In this document: one piece after another, positions 49,851 through 62,060 of the stretch
How the letters are laid out: each line of letters opens with the position of its first letter
Numbering within the stretch: position 1 is the first letter of the stretch
DNA from: Podarcis melisellensis
Taxonomy: Eukaryota
Length of the DNA: 64,000 bases
Direction: 5' to 3' (one strand)
NCBI GenBank assembly: GCA_964234715.1
Contig: OZ174275.1
Position numbers and translations under genes: made by a program
The notes under the pieces: generated by a model
What the model was told of the DNA's origin: nothing
The model's database searches: none
The model's input: the letters and a program-made list of their open reading frames with translations, nothing else

Positions 49851-50206
49851 CTGCAATCAGAATAAAATGCACAGTTTTCAATGTAATCATAAAATACATG
49901 ATGAAAACCACTATAGACATTCTTCAATCAACACTGCGATCCAATGCAGGTTTACTTAGAAGTAAATCCAACTGTGCTCAATGGGCCTTACTCCGAAGTA
50001 AATATGGAATGCATAGGACTGCAGCCAAAAGAGTAAAAATGTGAATGCTGTGTAATATGACACATACAAACACTGCATAAATATAGCTTATACAGATATA
50101 TTTGTTTGCATGCATGCATACGTCTTATATAACTGACGCTGACAATTTATTTGGGGCCTAGATAAGAAACAGAATGATTGTGGGGAAGTACAATTTAGTA
50201 ATAATA

Positions 50207-50351
50207 GAGCTTGACAGGCAGAAGATATTGAAGAAAGACTGACATTATCCAAATCACAAAATCATCAAAGCGTGTAACAATGAAACACTCTGACAACGTT
50301 GGGATTTGGAACAAGTCAGTCTCTTTTTAATATCTTCTGTCCATGAAGTTC
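50207..50351. repeat. Imperfect ~53-bp inverted repeat (old MITE-like foldback)
   Basis: cagaagatattgaagaaagactgac..ccaaatc pairs with gatttgga..gtcagtctctttttaatatcttctg. Confidence 0.75.
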
Positions 50352-50522
50352 AGTTAATTCTCTTTATTACGTCTGAATAAAAACTCACAAGTAAGACCCA
50401 AATGCCTTATTGTTTTTAAGAACAGTTAATGATGGGAAGTTGCATTTGACACAGTTGAACAGGTACAGATGCATCACTACCCACATTCCACTCATGAGTA
50501 TATAGTTAGTTAATTCTCTTAC

Positions 50523-50627
50523 ATTGCTGATATTCAGAGCATTAATCTTGGACTGCAGCATCCCAGGGGTGTCTGAAGGAAGATGGAACTGAGTCTTCTC
50601 TTTATCCCAGGCTTCACGATACAGATT
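50523..50627 (-). CDS. NEB: NEB exon 105 nt
   Basis: NLYREAWDKEKTQFHLPSDTPGMLQSKINALNISN. Confidence 0.95.
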
Positions 50628-50771
50628 CTAAGAAGGAAGTGAAGGCATAAATGATTGCAATGCATCACAAAAACCTCTTATTTTTCAAAGGTATGCAATT
50701 ATAATTCACCTGTTCCCAATACCAATTTGTCATCATAACGAATACAGTAACTGGGTAATTCCCAAGCTTAC

Positions 50772-50975
50772 CTCACTGACTTGTTGGGCATTGATCTTAG
50801 CCAGGACAACGGGTGGTGGGTCAGCAATACTTGTAAATTTCAGTGCATCTGGACGTTGCTTATACAATCTGTCATTCAGGATATCTTGGGCGTGCTTCAC
50901 TTTGAGCACTTCCACAGAGCCCTCTGGCATCCAGCCAATACCACGCAGCCATTCTAGGTCTTGTTTGTAGGCGTT
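50772..50975 (-). CDS. NEB: NEB exon 204 nt
   Basis: [20 protein letters not shown]...INAQQVSE. Confidence 0.95.
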
Positions 50976-51665
50976 CTGCAAAGGAAACAGTTATTAACAA
51001 TATGGCTGAAAATGTTTCCTCCAATTTATTAAGAAGGCTGTTGCTGCCTCTCCGGCTCTACCCATCATAATACAGAACTGCTCAGCTTCCATGGCTGGTC
51101 AATCACAAGAAGTACATACCACTAATGTGGTATTAATAAACAGCACTCTTTTTATCCCTTTTCAAGCTGTATATGGCAGAACAACAGTACTGGCCATGAG
51201 TAATACAGATTCTAGTAAATAACTCCAACACCTAAAATTCTCTGGAATAGAAAGTAAAAGACCAATTGAAATGGACACCTCTAGAAGCATTTAGTTCTAT
51301 GCAAGTGCCACAAATTCAGGTTTTGGTGCCTCACTTCATCAGGTTTGTATGCATGGATACATGTGTTGAACTGAGTTCTCAATGTCCCCTTGTGTTATTT
51401 CTTAAAGAAGTATGATGATTGTCCAAACAATACCGAACTTATATGTTAAAAATTCACATGTACTATGGCTCTTAAGATGTGTCACGTGTTCACAGAAGTA
51501 AAACGTTTATTACTTTTTAATGAAAAGATATGTAAGAATTGTGGAGACAAAATATCATTGTAGAGCCAATAGTAATAATCCACCAAATGTCATGACAGAG
51601 GAAAGAGAGTGACAGACAAGAAGCCATCATAAAAGAGATATTGCAACAATAACAAAATCACTCAC

Positions 51666-51977
51666 ATCGCTCTGTAATTCATACGCTTTCCTGGCTTGGA
51701 TGACATCATTCTGGTCTGGCAGGCAGGTCCATTCATGCAAGTAGTGGCGGTAATCAATGTCACTAACAAGCTTCTGACAGTTCTTGGCCAGCAAGACGGA
51801 CAGCATGTCAACAGGGCTATGGATCTTCGTCTTCAATTGATTATATACTTTCTTGTACTCACGGTCACTCTGCATTTTAGCTACATGCATAGCCAATACC
51901 ATCTTGGGATCGTCGTTAATGTCTCGGCATCCCACATGGTGTCCAAGTTGCTTACGGTAGCCTTCCTTGTATTTGTA
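51666..51977 (-). CDS. NEB: NEB exon 312 nt (copy 1)
   Basis: [25 protein letters not shown]...[10 protein letters not shown]. Confidence 0.95.
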
Positions 51978-52523
51978 CTAATGGGATTTGAAAAAATACG
52001 TATACAATTAGAATCTTCACCATAGCTATCTCAGACTCAGAGCTTTTTTTCAGCTGCAACTCACTTCTGGCACTTGGGTGCCATTGTATTGGTAATGTAA
52101 ATATTCAGCACATGCATAGATCTTTGAATTTTACACATCCTTCATCTGACATTTTTTTGACCAACAAGATGAAAGCTTTGGTTCTAAGAGATTAATATTC
52201 TACTTCAGAAACCTTCATCAGGATACTGGACATTTTACTTGGAGCATATTTAAAGCAAACAGCAGCCTTTGCCAAGATGGCACCCTTCACATGTTTTGGA
52301 CAACAATGTCCATCAGTCATGCTGGATGAAGCTGATGGATGTTTTAGTTCAAAACATCTGGAGGGCACTAGGTTAGTGAAAGATGGCCCATAATGTCTTT
52401 ATATCTTGCCTTGAACTGAGAACTTTAATATATTTTCTGTTTCCTGCATTTTAATTCCATTAGATACAAAAGTCTAGATACAATGGATTACCAAACACTA
52501 TCAAATTCTATTTGCATACTTAC

Positions 52524-52628
52524 ATCACTGGCAATTTCTCTTGAGGCTCTGGCTGTTTTGATTGGGACTGCATCAGCTCTCAGGTCAATATTTTTCTTCA
52601 TGTCATCCCATGATTCCCTATAAAGTTT
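52524..52628 (-). CDS. NEB: NEB exon 105 nt (copy 1)
   Basis: KLYRESWDDMKKNIDLRADAVPIKTARASREIASD. Confidence 0.95.
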
Positions 52629-52897
52629 CTACAACAAAAAACCAACAACATTATATTGTCATCCTCTTTCAGCACTTACATATTTATGAAAGCTCACTGT
52701 GCATCAGCTTTTACTTTTTTCTAATCACTCCTGCTTTTTGCAGGTAAACATTACAGGTTATCTCCATATAAAACTATGTAAGGAAAAGTATTTAAAGTGC
52801 ATGTAAGTAATTATGGATAACAAGTGCTAACATCTGTTTTGTGGCATCTCCACAAGCACAATAGATTGCCAGTTTGCATACAAACAGCTAAATAAAT

Positions 52898-53102
52898 TCC
52901 TCCAGTAGCACCTTAGAGACCAACTAAGTTTGTCATTGGTATGAGCTTTTGTGTGCATGCACACTTCTTCAGATACGGAGTGTGCATGCACACGAAAGCT
53001 CATACCAATGACAAACTTAGTTGGTCTCTAAGGTGCTACTGGAAGGAATTTTTTAATTTTGTTTCGACTATGGCAGACCAACACAGCTACCTACCTGTAA
53101 CT
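52898..53102. mobile_element. Penelope-like insertion with inverted arms and a mutated hammerhead
   Basis: 12-bp TSD agctaaataaat; ~68-bp inverted arms; absent from the paralogous intron (~46850). Confidence 0.82.
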
Positions 53103-53251
53103 AGCTAAATAAATGCAGGTGCAATACCCCACCTAGAATTTACATGGGTGCTTGCTGCATCCAACTTATAACATCCAAAGCCCCCTTCATCTGAGTAACT
53201 GAAGTAGGTTGTAGAGTTGCATCGTAAGAAGAATGGTAGCGATTTACTTAC

Positions 53252-53356
53252 ATTGCTGACATTGATAGCATTAGCCCTGGACAGCATGATTTCTGGTGTG
53301 TCTGGCATCACATGGATCGTAGTTTTATCTTTATCCCATGCTTCTCTGTATTTAGC
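53252..53356 (-). CDS. NEB: NEB exon 105 nt (copy 1)
   Basis: [35 protein letters not shown]. Confidence 0.95.
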
Positions 53357-53438
53357 CTACAAAAATACAGAATTATCTGTTAATTCCTTTCCGCTGAATA
53401 ATTAAAATAATGTCATGTTGCTGAAAGGTGTTACATAC

Positions 53439-53642
53439 AAGACTCAGTTGCTCAGCGTTGGTTTTGGCAAGCACAACTTCAGGAGTGTCAACGATGTGGG
53501 TAAATTTCAAACGATCCCGAGGAGTGCGATAAACGTTGTCACTCAGAATTTCCTGCGCATATTTCACCTTCTTCACTTCTGGAGATTCATTGGGGATCCA
53601 TCCAATCCCCCGGAGCCACTCCAGATCTGATTTATACACAGC
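53439..53642 (-). CDS. NEB: NEB exon 204 nt (copy 1)
   Basis: [23 protein letters not shown]...TNAEQLSL. Confidence 0.95.
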
Positions 53643-54293
53643 CTGTGAGAGAAAATGTCAGAAAGGAAGGGCAAGATATTTCAGTTCAATTCAAAAGAAA
53701 TACTTCATGTAGCAAACAGAATGAATGGAACTTCAGAAAGTCAGGACAAACTTGTCTCAATTACTTCATCAGGATCTAAGCAGTACTATCTCTCTGGACT
53801 AGACCAAAATGTTTCTTTGACCTCCAGTTATATTTCACACCAGCATTGATCAGTACTATGCTGGCTGGGGAGTTGTGGACCAAAACATCTGGAGAGTTCC
53901 AGACGTGTAGATTGGGCTAGATAGAGTGGGCAGAAAGATAATCAAATCCATACATATGACAGCCCTCCAGTTGGTTATGGATTCATTGGCTATTTTTAGA
54001 TATGCCAAGTCTATCATGTCAATCATGTCTGTATGATGTGTTGGACATTCTGAACTAACAACATTTCAATTCTTCCAAGGTACTCATGATGAAATCAAGT
54101 GAAGATTAAATTACGTGAAAATGTGACAAGGCCAGTTTTCATTAATAAAGCAACTACAGATGTTATCAGCGAAACAAAGTAAAAATTAAGAAAAGGAAAT
54201 CTTCCACCACTATCTACCATGATGTCTCTTTTGCCTTCTGTCCCAGCAGAGTTGTGCTGTTTGTTTGGCTTTGCAGAGGACAGATATACTTAC

Positions 54294-54605
54294 ATCGCTC
54301 TGTAGTTCGTAGGCCTTCCTTGCCTGGATCACATCATTCTGGTCGGGCAGACAAGACCACTGGTGCAGATGTTGGCGATAGTCCACCTCACTTACTAAAG
54401 ACTGGCATTGCTTGGCTGCTTGGACAGACAGCATGTCCACCGGTATAGTAATATTGGCTTTGGATTTGTTGTAAGCTTGCTTATACAACCGGTCATTCTG
54501 CATCTTCAATACTTTGGCAGCAAATGAAAGTTTAGGGTCCTCCTTCACTGAAGGGCATCCAACATAGTGGCCTTTCTGTTTCTCGTGAGCTTCTTTGTAC
54601 TTGTA
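54294..54605 (-). CDS. NEB: NEB exon 312 nt (duplicated block, copy 1)
   Basis: YKYKEAHEKQKGHYVGCPSVKEDPK...[10 protein letters not shown]. Confidence 0.95.
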
Positions 54606-55471
54606 CTGAGCAGGAAAGAGAATTGGAAGCTTAAGTAATCTGACGAATTCCAAGGAGAAATGTTAGTAGAAGTTCTTGGTATTTCAATTTTCAAGGGATT
54701 CGACTATAGAATATTCAGGGGGTAGATAAAGCATAGTAAGGCTCCCTAATTCTGTCTTTATATTATAAAATATTTACCTGGACTTGCTATTAGGGATGAG
54801 AAGGAAATGCAGTCCAGTTTGCAGTTAAAGTCACACTTCCATAGTTCACACTTTTTGAAATGAGAACCAAAAGAAGCACAACTATGCTTTGAAATTCACA
54901 TTCTGCAAATTTTGTAGTGCACATCTGTGGCCAAGTAGTGCATGCAGAAATGGATACTCTTGTGTAAAGTATGAATATGAAAACATGCATTAGTGAAAAT
55001 CATACAAAATTTCATTAGGGAAAATGGTTTCGCAAAAATGTGTATATTAGGCAAAATTGCACACAAAAATTATATTAGGAGAATTTCTCGCTAAGATGCT
55101 GATGAATTTCCATGAAAGCTTTTTTTAAAAATACAAGCCAATGTGGAAATGTAATAATTTACTATAAATGGCTGTAAAATCAGATTTAATATGTCTGCTT
55201 GAAAATATGCCTGCCATTTTGGGACCAGTTAAACTAAGATTGTGAAAAATAGCTCATCTTGGCTTAACTGGCAATATCCAATGCTGGAAGAAAAGATCTC
55301 TACAGCTTGAGAACCAATGTAAGCAAATTTCAGGATGTATCCGTGCCAACAGTCTAAAAACTGAAAATGCTAATCTAAAATCAGTTTCCTAATATTTACC
55401 AAAATATTAGCCACCTGTTTAGCCTTTTAGGAAATAACATTACAGAAATAATATACAACAGTTGACAGTAC

Positions 55472-55579
55472 CTCACTGGCAATGTTTCTTGAAGCCTTGG
55501 CATGCTGAATTGCAATGGCATCCACTCTTAAGTCATAACCTTTTTTCTTGGCTTCTTCCCACCCTGCTTCATAATGTTT
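55472..55579 (-). CDS. NEB: NEB exon 108 nt
   Basis: [36 protein letters not shown]. Confidence 0.95.
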
Positions 55580-56093
55580 CTGTGAAGGAAATGAGTAACG
55601 CAGCATTCATATCAGCGTATTTCAATTTTTTTTTTAGTAAGGGTCCTGAATATTAACTCATGTGCTTAAGATCTTCAGGTTGTAATTCTAAGTGCAAGTA
55701 ATGGTAAATTTGATCAAACAATATGAAAAACACTAAACAAAAATGGATTGACTTAATAATTTATGAAAACATTAATTGGCCTCATTATAAAATAGTAAGT
55801 CAGTGTGCCGAATAAAATCATCACAGTAAAGCAACAACATGTTCCAAGCACAAATGCCACAACAGAGCCAGCACTAAAACATCATTGATTAGGAAGGCCT
55901 TTGTGAGTATGTGTGTTTAAACCAACCAGAGGAATATCATCACTGTAGATGCCCATTGTAACTCTAGGGGAAGGTCATTCCATGGCACGGGATGCATTAA
56001 ATATTACCATGTTGCCTTTTCTTCCATGTCAAGCTCCAATAGAATTTTATTGCTATGGTGTATACCGGTACATGTATTCAAACTTATAATGTA

Positions 56094-56431
56094 GTAAAGG
56101 TAAAGGGACCCCTGACCATTAGGTCCAGTCATGGCCGACTCTGGGGTTGCGGCGCTTATCTCGCTTTATTGGCCGAGGTAGCCGGCGTACAGCTTCCGGG
56201 ACATGTGACCAGCATGACTAAGCCGCTTCTGGCAAACCAGAACAGCGCACGGAAACACCGTTTACCTTCCCACCGGAGCGGTACCTATTTATCTACTTGC
56301 ACTTTGACATGCTTTCGAACTGCTAGGTTGGCAGGAGCAGGGACCGAGCAACAGGAGCTCACCCCGTCACCAACCTTCCGATCGGCAAGTCCTAGGCTCT
56401 GTGGTTTAGACCACAGCGCCACCCGTGTCCC
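56094..56431 (-). mobile_element. Sauria SINE, near full length
   Basis: 5' gggacacgggtggcgctgtggtctaaacc on the minus strand, (ACCTTT)n tail. Confidence 0.9.
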
Positions 56432-56996
56432 TAGCATATAATGTATCTTACTCAAATAAATGCTGAAAAATGTATGTTTTTATACTGAGCCTAAAAATAA
56501 ATGAGTTAAAACTGAGGAACGAAGGGATGAAATAAAATATAAAATTAAATCCTCTTACTTACTGCTATCTAACTTCACACTAAGAAACATTGCAATGTTT
56601 TTTCTAATATTCAGTATTATGAGAAAGATCAAACATCATTCCAGTAGATGTGACAAAACTTCCTCTACTTTGCCCCACCCAATCTGCTCCAGAAAACCCC
56701 CTAGCTTGATATAAGCTATCAACAATATCATATTTTTCACATTAAAGACATTCCTGCTTCCCACCTTCCATTTGTTTGCTCAAGTCTAGGGAATCATGAA
56801 TTCAGTGAAAGGGCATTACTCATAGCTAATCAGAATTGGTTACTACATAGAGAACTGAATGGGCATTTCATATATTCATCCTTTAGTATTCTCAATTCCA
56901 ATCATAAAACAATTTTAATTGAAAGGCAATTCTTACCCAAACCCCTTATTTAAAGGTCAGAATTGCTTTACAGATGTATTCACATTTAATTCTTAC

Positions 56997-57101
56997 TTTG
57001 CTGACGTTCAGAGCATTCATTTTGGACAGAACCATCTCAGGAGTATCAGCTGGAAGAGTAAACTGTGTCTTTTCTTTATCCCAGAGTTCACGATATAATG
57101 C
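56997..57101 (-). CDS. NEB: NEB exon 105 nt
   Basis: ALYRELWDKEKTQFTLPADTPEMVLSKMNALNVSK. Confidence 0.95.
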
Positions 57102-58005
57102 CTAATGAGGGAAAAAATACGGTACTTCTTTCTGTCATAATGTACAAAGTACATATTGAGATTATACATACAAAACCCTCCATACAAGCTACTTGTGTAA
57201 GTGGCCTAATCGTGTGTGCAGCATCACATAAGGCTTTTTTATTGGGGATTTATTAAAGAACAGTGGTTACTCCACTGTTAGAAAAATTGCAATGTTTGGC
57301 ATTTCTAATCACAGAAGCAATCTTTTGCAAGACCTGCCCCTGCATCTATGTTCCTCAACAATCAGATAAACATACAGAAATATGTTCCAAATGCAGAGGT
57401 GCATCCAATAGTATCTTTGCAGTTGTAAGGAGGTACTTTTGTTTGATAAAGATGGCGCACACAATTTTCATATATGCCCACCTACCCACTGCTCCTAAGG
57501 CTTGGGAGACCTTCTGGCATGGAAGGATTCAATAGGTAAGGGAGTGTGGCAAAATGAGGTGGTATCACCTTATACGAATGGTATTACCATTCACTACTGG
57601 AAAGCTGATACTGGATACAACCTATACTTTTGCATTGCATTTATTTGAATAAATAAAGGTGTTTACTATGATAGCAGTCAGAATGGGACGGTTTTCAAGC
57701 ATTAACTCAGTTTAAAGGCTCTCTAGCTAAGTGTACAGATCATGAAACAAACTGCAATCTCTGCACCCCAATTGCCCCAATGGAAAGCCTTCTTTGACTT
57801 CAGAGGGATCTAAATGTGATCTTAAATGAGAGCATAGGCAGCCTCAAGTGACTGTTGAAAATCAAAGCTGCATGGGTTTTGTGCTTATTATTTTCATATA
57901 TCTCACTTGATTCCAGCATGCTGGAGTGAGCATCTAGAAGTACATTCTCCTCACATCCAAAACGCAGATACCCGAGGACCAAAAGGCAAATGCAAAGTTT
58001 CTTAC

Positions 58006-58209
58006 ATTGCTCTGAAGCAGAGCATTGGCCTTTGCCAAGACAATTTCTGGAGAATCAACAATAGCGGTGAATTTCACAGAGTCTGGTCGTTGACGGTACA
58101 GTCTGTCATTCAGGATCTCCTGGGCCTTCTTCACTTTTAAGACTTCCAAAGAACCTTCTGGAATCCAACCAATACCACGCAGCCATTCTAGGTCTTGCTT
58201 GTAGACGTT
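58006..58209 (-). CDS. NEB: NEB exon 204 nt
   Basis: [15 protein letters not shown]...ANALLQSN. Confidence 0.95.
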
Positions 58210-59214
58210 CTGCAAAGGAAACAATTGGGCTATTAACAATATGGTTGAAAATGTTTCCTCCAATTTAAGGTCTGCCAATTCGTACTATCATATGTTTGAT
58301 CCATCCCATGCTAAATCTTGAAGACTAGGGGTGAAATTAATGGACTTAACCATGGTTATTAATTTCAGTGGGTCTACTTTGAGTAAAACTGAGGTGAATA
58401 CTACACTTGCTCTAAACACAACCCTTGTACCAGGCCCAATAACTCTTACACTGCAGTCCTTAGCATGGTTACATAAAAGTCCCTACTGAGCAAAGTGTGG
58501 CTTGTTCCCTAATTATTGTATTTAGGACTGCTAATCCAAATTATTTGTAGCAGCACCAGCACAAATAGGTTTAGGCACTTTTACTTACCATATATTAGTT
58601 TACATTAGTTTTAGTTGTGTGTTTGTTTTTTTAAGTGTTTTAAATGCATTATAACATCGTGACTCCAGATGGCGCTGTAGAGTTTGGCCTTTCTGCAATG
58701 TGATTTCCCATTATGAGGTTTACAACGTGTTTTCCTGAAATGCTTTTATGATGTGTCTCAATCCAGCCCAGGGACATTGGAATTTTATCTTTATTGATGC
58801 TCACTTTTTACAGCCTGCTTAACCAAGTAGAGTGTTTCTGTGCAGCCCTGCACAGTTTTGCATAAGAGAGCTCAGCTGGAGTTTCTGGACTGAAACGCAT
58901 CAGACTTTTATTTCTTTATGAATAGTCTAAACATATTTTAATCCCATTCAGAAATTTATGGAAACATAGGAAGCTGTCTTTATATCGGCTCAGACTATTG
59001 GTCCATCTAGCCTAGTCCTGCCTCTCTGATCAGAAGCTAGGGTCTCAGGCAACGAGAGAGGTACCTGACCTTTTAAACTTGGTACTAACTCTTTTCAACT
59101 CAATAAGCCATAGACTGAACCTGAGAGACCTTCTGCTTGCAAAGTAGGTGTTTTGCCACTGAGCTGTGATCCCACCTCCATGTACCCAGGTGCTTTATGT
59201 TTGCTTTTACGTAC

Positions 59215-59526
59215 ATCACTTTGTATGTCATACACTTTCTTAGCCTGAATGACGTCATTCTGGTCAGGCAGGCAGGTCCATTCATGCAGGTAGTGGCGGT
59301 AATCAATGTCACTAACAAGCTTCTGACAATTCTTAGCCAACAGGACTGACAGCATGTCAACCGGACTATGGATCTTCGTCTTCAGTTGATTAAATACTTT
59401 CTTGTACTCCCGATCGCTCTGCATTTTAGCTACATGCATAGCCAACACCATTTTGGGATCATCTTGAAGGTTTCGGAACCCGATATAGTGCCCTTTCTGC
59501 TTCTCATATGCCTCTTTGTATTTAAA
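59215..59526 (-). CDS. NEB: NEB exon 312 nt
   Basis: [16 protein letters not shown]...[10 protein letters not shown]. Confidence 0.95.
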
Positions 59527-59851
59527 CTGCAAAAAAGAAAAGAAACACATTTTAGAGCTATTATTACTATTATTATTATTTATTAATTAAAAGCATTGGA
59601 CATGCTTGCTGAGACTAAGAAGAGTGGCAATCCAAAACTTTTGTAGGGCATCAGGCTGGGGAATATTGCTCTTGCGTATTACAAATGTTGAAGATATCAA
59701 CATAGGGTCAGTCGAAAGGACCTGCATCGCCACCCTAGAAGACCGAACACCCTTCGTTTGAATTAATTATTTCTATAATAGTCATTTTGAAAACCACAGG
59801 GTTGTTACTTGCATTTCTTTGCAGAAGTGTGTAATCAACACATCCACTTAC

Positions 59852-59959
59852 ATCACTAGCTATGTCCCTTGATGCCTTTGCAGATCTGATTGGAATTGCA
59901 TCAGCTCTCAAGTCATATCCTTTCTGCTTCGCCTCTTCCCATCCCTCGATATAAAGTCT
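59852..59959 (-). CDS. NEB: NEB exon 108 nt
   Basis: [36 protein letters not shown]. Confidence 0.95.
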
Positions 59960-60100
59960 CTACAGAAGGAGTCATAAAAACAACAACCATGAATGAAAAC
60001 TCACTCACATAGAATTTGTGCATATACAGTGTACAGAATCCCCAATTATTTAAGAAAACAGATGCATTTTTAAAACCCATCCTTAAAAAAATGCTCTTAC

Positions 60101-60205
60101 ATGGCTAATGTTGGCTGAGTTTGCCTTTGCCAGCATAATCTCTGGGGTATCTGGCATGACATGAATGTTTGTTTTATCAACATTCCAGGCTTCAGTGTAT
60201 AATCT
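60101..60205 (-). CDS. NEB: NEB exon 105 nt
   Basis: [35 protein letters not shown]. Confidence 0.95.
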
Positions 60206-60458
60206 CTGTGGGAGAGCAGAAGAAATAGTTAGCATTTTGTATTTTGAAAAGCATCAAATAACATGCACTCTTAGGAACTGATGCTATGCTATTATATTTA
60301 TATGCTATTTATATCCATAAACAAAAAATGTATTGTAGCATGCCCTACAATATAAATTTACCAAATAACACCAGGATTTTCTAACTAAAATAATTTTGTT
60401 AAATCATATTTCATTATATTAAATATTTTGTTGCCACACTTACTCCTATCTGAACTGA

Positions 60459-60587
60459 AATCGGGCTCCGGTGGTGCGGCGGCAGCAGGAGGCCCCATTA
60501 GCTAAAGTGGTGCTTCAGGTTAAGAACAGTTTCAGGTTAGGAACGGACCTCCGGAACGAATTAAGTACTTAACCCGAGGTACCACTG
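60459..60587. mobile_element. One end of a Tigger/pogo-like MITE
   Basis: ...cgaggtaccactg|ta TIR like that at 23314. Confidence 0.7.
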
Positions 60588-60646
60588 TATTGGCATTAGA
60601 GAACACACACAGAGAAGTCCTAGAAATGCCTAATCATAAGACTCAC

Positions 60647-60850
60647 CTTGTTCATTGTCTCGGCATTATGTTTTGCCAACTCCATCTCCAAAGAATCTGT
60701 GACGCTGGTAAACTTGAACTTATCAGGTGGCTGTCGGTACTTCCTGTCACTTAGGATTTCTCCTGCTCTCTTTACTTTCTCAACTTCCAAAGAGCCAGAA
60801 GGAATCCAACCAACACCTTTCAGCCATTCCATATCTGATTTGTAAAGCAC
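60647..60850 (-). CDS. NEB: NEB exon 204 nt
   Basis: [15 protein letters not shown]...AETMNK; AG/GT. Confidence 0.96.
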
Positions 60851-60940
60851 CTGGAATACGAACACAGATTATCCTTGCATTCAGAGAAACTATCAACTTC
60901 ACACATAACAACTACTATTGCAGGGGAACATTTCTGGGTT

Positions 60941-61202
60941 TAGTGGCGGAGCTTCATGCTCCAGCAGCGGAGGGCAGAGAGCAGGGGGGGGGCAGGGCTG
61001 GCACACGTCCCGGGGACGTGGTGTGCCGCCTGTAGGGGCATGGTGCGTGTCCTGGGGGCGTGGCGTGCATCCTGGGGGCGTGGCATGCCACCTGTAGGGC
61101 TGTGGCACCCAGCACAGGCAGGGGGGCAGCCGCAATGGCACCCCGCTGGGATCGCAATGCCAGGGCTGGTGTGCTCCCCCCCCACCTCTTTCTCCGCCAG
61201 TG
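60941..61202. mobile_element. GC-rich hAT MITE with ~20-bp internal repeats
   Basis: 8-bp TSD tctgggtt; TIRs tagtggcggag / ctccgccagtg. Confidence 0.8.
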
Positions 61203-62060
61203 TCTGGGTTATAAACATAGAAATTAAACATTAAATATGTGTAAACTGAAGGACCAATACATCACACTTACAACCACTATAACTCCTGCTTTTGCAGCTA
61301 CATATTCATTTAGCCCAAACTTGATGATCCTATGCAGTCTGATTCACGCTCCCTTGTTCATTGCTTGGCCTCTTGTCACATGTTTAATTACTTGGGAGCA
61401 AGCCCAATTGAACGAAGTGCTACTTCTGAGTAAATATCTGTAGAATTGTGCCATTGATGTCTCATTCCTGACATTGCTTAGAATGCTAATGGAATCTGCC
61501 TATACTGAATTTCAGCTTGGATTTTGGTGTTTCACGTTATCGTAACTCAACTAAAAGTATCTGGTGATATATTTCCAAAATGTTTGCAAGGTATCTTAAA
61601 AATAATTATCTTGAAATTGTTCATTTAAAAAACTAGCTTATTTTTTCAGAATTACACAATTTTGCTACTGCATTTTTTAAAAAATGATATAAATATTGTA
61701 TATGTTTCTAAAAACTGGAAGTGTTGTTTTAACTTTAAAAAATAATATCCCCAATTAAAAACATATCTTTTATTTTATGTGTCATTGGGGTGGTTAGCTG
61801 GTTTTTGTTTTAGGTTTACTTTTAAAATTATGAACAAAAGCCTTTCCTGACAATACAAAACCCAGAGTTCGTTCCAGGGTTCAAACAGAAGGCAACCCAA
61901 GGAAGAGTGAACAATAACAGAGAGGAATGGATGGAATCCATTCATCTCCACTTATAACACATTGATTTCCAGATATATTTGAACTGTCTACATAAAAAAG
62001 CATATATTTGGGGAAAGACACAAATTCACTGGCTGTGTTTATTCTGCATAGCTTACTCAC

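Larger units (their letters stand above)
51344..55152. repeat. Segmental tandem duplicate, copy 1
   Basis: Aligns with ~45341-48985, including introns. Confidence 0.93.

Noticed and set aside
58860-58905. gaaacgcatcag as part of a third hammerhead
   Set aside because: No CUGANGA core or stem II upstream.
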